Made by a program: the position numbers and the translations under genes. The notes below the pieces were generated by a model. It did not search any database, was not told where the DNA came from, and saw nothing but the letters and a program-made list of their open reading frames with translations. A stretch of 8,532 bases of DNA from Geosiphon pyriformis uo1 (lineage: Eukaryota; Fungi; Glomeromycota). The stretch spans positions 1-8,532 of the forward strand of contig JAAOMT010000001.1 in NCBI GenBank assembly GCA_016748015.1, read 5' to 3'. How positions within the stretch are numbered: position 1 is the stretch's first letter; each line of letters starts with the position of its first letter. This document shows, in pieces, positions 6,258 to 8,532 of this stretch.

Positions 6258-8532
6258 AAATAACACAGCAAAAACAAATTCAAAGTGGCGACCACACCAG
6301 ATGCAACAACTCTAGAGTATTACCAATCAATTTACACCCACTGCAAGCAAAGATTCAACATTCCAGATGGAATTGAAATTGTCAAGAAATCAGTATATTA
6401 ATACATTGAAAACTGCATCAACAATTATCTTTTTGGAAATTACAATATCTCAGAAGTCAGAAACAACCTTTACAATAATTTAGTACACTATTCACAGTTG
6501 GGAACTGAAGACCTTAATAGTGAAACACTTGCCACTTACTTTCATGAACTTAATTTTAACATTATCAAATACTGTGAAGAAACATATCTAGTGCAGTCTC
6601 AATACACTATTGATTTTGAATCAGAAACAGAAACAAGCAACAAAAGCAAAAACAAATTAAAGCAATATTTAAGAACCACCCCAAATACTCCAACACTACC
6701 GAAAACAACTGCCAAACATTTACAAACACCTGAACAAGGAACCAGTTCAAAACTTCCACTTACTATCACACCTTTTCCAGCTTCACTTACACAAGTACAA
6801 ACACCTAATTCACCCTTGAATTGATTTGCAAGACCAGAAAATTTTACATCACTCAAAAGTTCCACCAAACAACAAGAACCCCTTCAAACTAGTTCCAATC
6901 TCCTTGATTTTCTAGCTGAAAATCAAAGTAAACACTCTGAGACAGCAGCAAACGAAGAAAACAACTCTGAAATAACCAAAAAAGGATCAATAGACAGTGA
7001 AAATGAAGAAAACGAAATGACAACATACATCGCAAAAATCCCTGAATTCAATGGGGAAGATATTGAGACCAGTCTCCAAGAATGGCTTGACCAAGTTACT
7101 AAAACTGGAGATGCAAATGGATGGAATGCTGCCAGAATGTTAAGAACAATTCCCTACTTTCTCAAAGAAACAGCAGGAGAATGGTTTGAAAACCTTGCCG
7201 CCCCATTCAATGATTGGAATGCTTTCAAAGCAGCCTTCCTTGAACAGTTCACCAACAATAATATCTCTATCACTCTTCACAATTGTTTTCGAAATATCAA
7301 ACAAGAACCCTCCGAATCTGTTATGACTTATATTGGGAAATTCAACAAACTTTTCAGATGGATTCGCCAATTCAAGGCAAATGATTATTATTCCAATGCT
7401 TAAATCTTGGATCAATTTATCACTGGTCTAAAAGATAAACTAATTAAAAAGGTTCGCCCACATGTGCCAGAAGATTTAAACTCTGCAATACAGCATGTGA
7501 AAAGATATAAAATGGCCATAGAAGAAGCCAATTATACAAAACTTGTAAATTTGGCAATTAGAGAAACCAGCTCAGCAGCTGAGGAAAAAATTGACCAACT
7601 CACAAAGAAGGTCGAAAACTATTTTACCAACCAACAACAACAACCCCAAAGATATCAACCACTCCAAAGACGAAATCAAAATAACTTTGCACCACTTTCC
7701 AATAACCAGCCCCAAAATTGCCATTACTGTAGAATCTCTGGCCACTGGAAAAGAGATTGCAGAAAGCTGCAATAAGACCAACAAAATAGAGGTAATCAGC
7801 ATTACTCTTCACCACAGCAATCTTATTATCAACCATTATCACCAGCTTACTATCTACCAAGACCCCAATACCAAAATAACTATTATCAGTCCGCCCCACA
7901 ATCAATCCAACAGCAATACCAACAACCACCCACACAACATTATCAAGTACCTGCTCGAAGACTGATTACACAAAATCAATTCACACCACAAAACTGGTAC
8001 CAAGTAAACAACAGTAGAATCAGTTCGAACAACCAATTGGTTCCCCGAAATACCACTCAACCAAGATCCAACCATTACTACACTCAACCCAGTTATTTAA
8101 CAATGCCGGAAGAACAGGATTTTCACCATACTGTACCCTCGGAAGGTAGAGCTACAGCACAACAACAACAAAACCCTTCTCATAACCACACCACTATTCC
8201 ACCAGCCCAAATTGCTGAAAACGCCAATCTCTCTGATATCTTTCCTTTTGAATTTGAAGCAAATGAATCACCATTCTTACTTAACAATGCAGCAGCTAAT
8301 GAGCAAAAAGCCATCACTGCAATGTACGCAAAAGCTGAAGTAGAAGGAAAGCCAATTCGCTTGATCCTAGACAGTGGATCTGCCGGAAGCATTATTACCT
8401 ACCAGTTAATACAACAGTTGAAAAAAAATGTCGACCGACCAGCTCAAACAGTAATCGTCACTGCCGATGGCATGAAAAAGACACCAGTAGGAGAAATTGA
8501 CAATTTTCCATTCACTCTTGATGGAATCACCA
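6258..8532 (+). pseudogene. gag-pol: Element B gag-pro single reading frame (N-terminal extension, capsid, CCHC knuckle, Q/Y/N/P-rich tract, protease), disrupted by 5 stops; 3'-truncated by the window
   Basis: One frame throughout, with stops at 6261, 6399, 6822, 7401 and 7773 (TAA or TGA, each revertible to CAA or CGA). Retrotransposon capsid motifs IPEFNGE...EWL, FLKETAGEWF...W..FK.AFLEQF, IKQEPSESVMTY; knuckle CHYCRISGHWKRDC at 7719-7760; protease LILDSGSAGSII with DSG at 8370-8378. Confidence 0.93.

Larger units (their letters stand above)
5261..8532 (+). mobile_element. Element B: 5' part of a degenerate Ty3/Gypsy LTR retrotransposon inserted antisense into element A gag (continues beyond the window)
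   Basis: LTR, then PBS, then gag-pro in canonical order. The 5' junction interrupts the element A gag reading frame at 5260/5261. Confidence 0.94.

Noticed and set aside
6176-6376. 66-aa ORF as an independent gene
   Set aside because: It has no recognisable features and overlaps the Gag frame out of phase. It is better explained as unspliced read-through from the proposed Gag ATG.
6599-8392. Minus-strand ORFs and the 7591-7965 plus ORF over element B gag-pro
   Set aside because: These are antisense or off-frame shadows of CAA/CCA-rich low-complexity coding sequence.

Overview
The window is entirely nested, degenerate Ty3/Gypsy (Metaviridae-type) LTR retrotransposon DNA from an AT-rich eukaryote. 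It is probably fungal and reminiscent of the expanded Gypsy families of Glomeromycotina such as Geosiphon, but that is recollection and is not verified. An older element fragment (element A, 896-5260, minus strand) reads gag C-terminus with CCHC knuckle, protease, a large Cys-rich insert, dUTPase, a second degenerate dUTPase-like domain, then RT. It is cut at both ends, mid-domain, by two copies of the same ~980-bp LTR in opposite, outward-facing orientation (1-895 minus; 5261-6239 plus). The right LTR is followed by a PBS and a single-frame gag-pro pseudogene of a related but distinct, less decayed family (element B) that runs off the window. The most interesting signal concerns element B's Gag frame, which has no Met for ~250 codons after the PBS. 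An ATG inside the LTR (6176, MNSQQ) joins that frame exactly if a 67-nt intron (6191-6257) is spliced, and this intron contains the LTR end and the PBS. Splicing would then separate translatable mRNA from reverse-transcribable genomic RNA. This model needs one A-to-G reversion at the donor and is an inference. The LTR also holds a phased 20-bp array of a CpG-rich palindrome, and all elements show heavy C>T/G>A decay.
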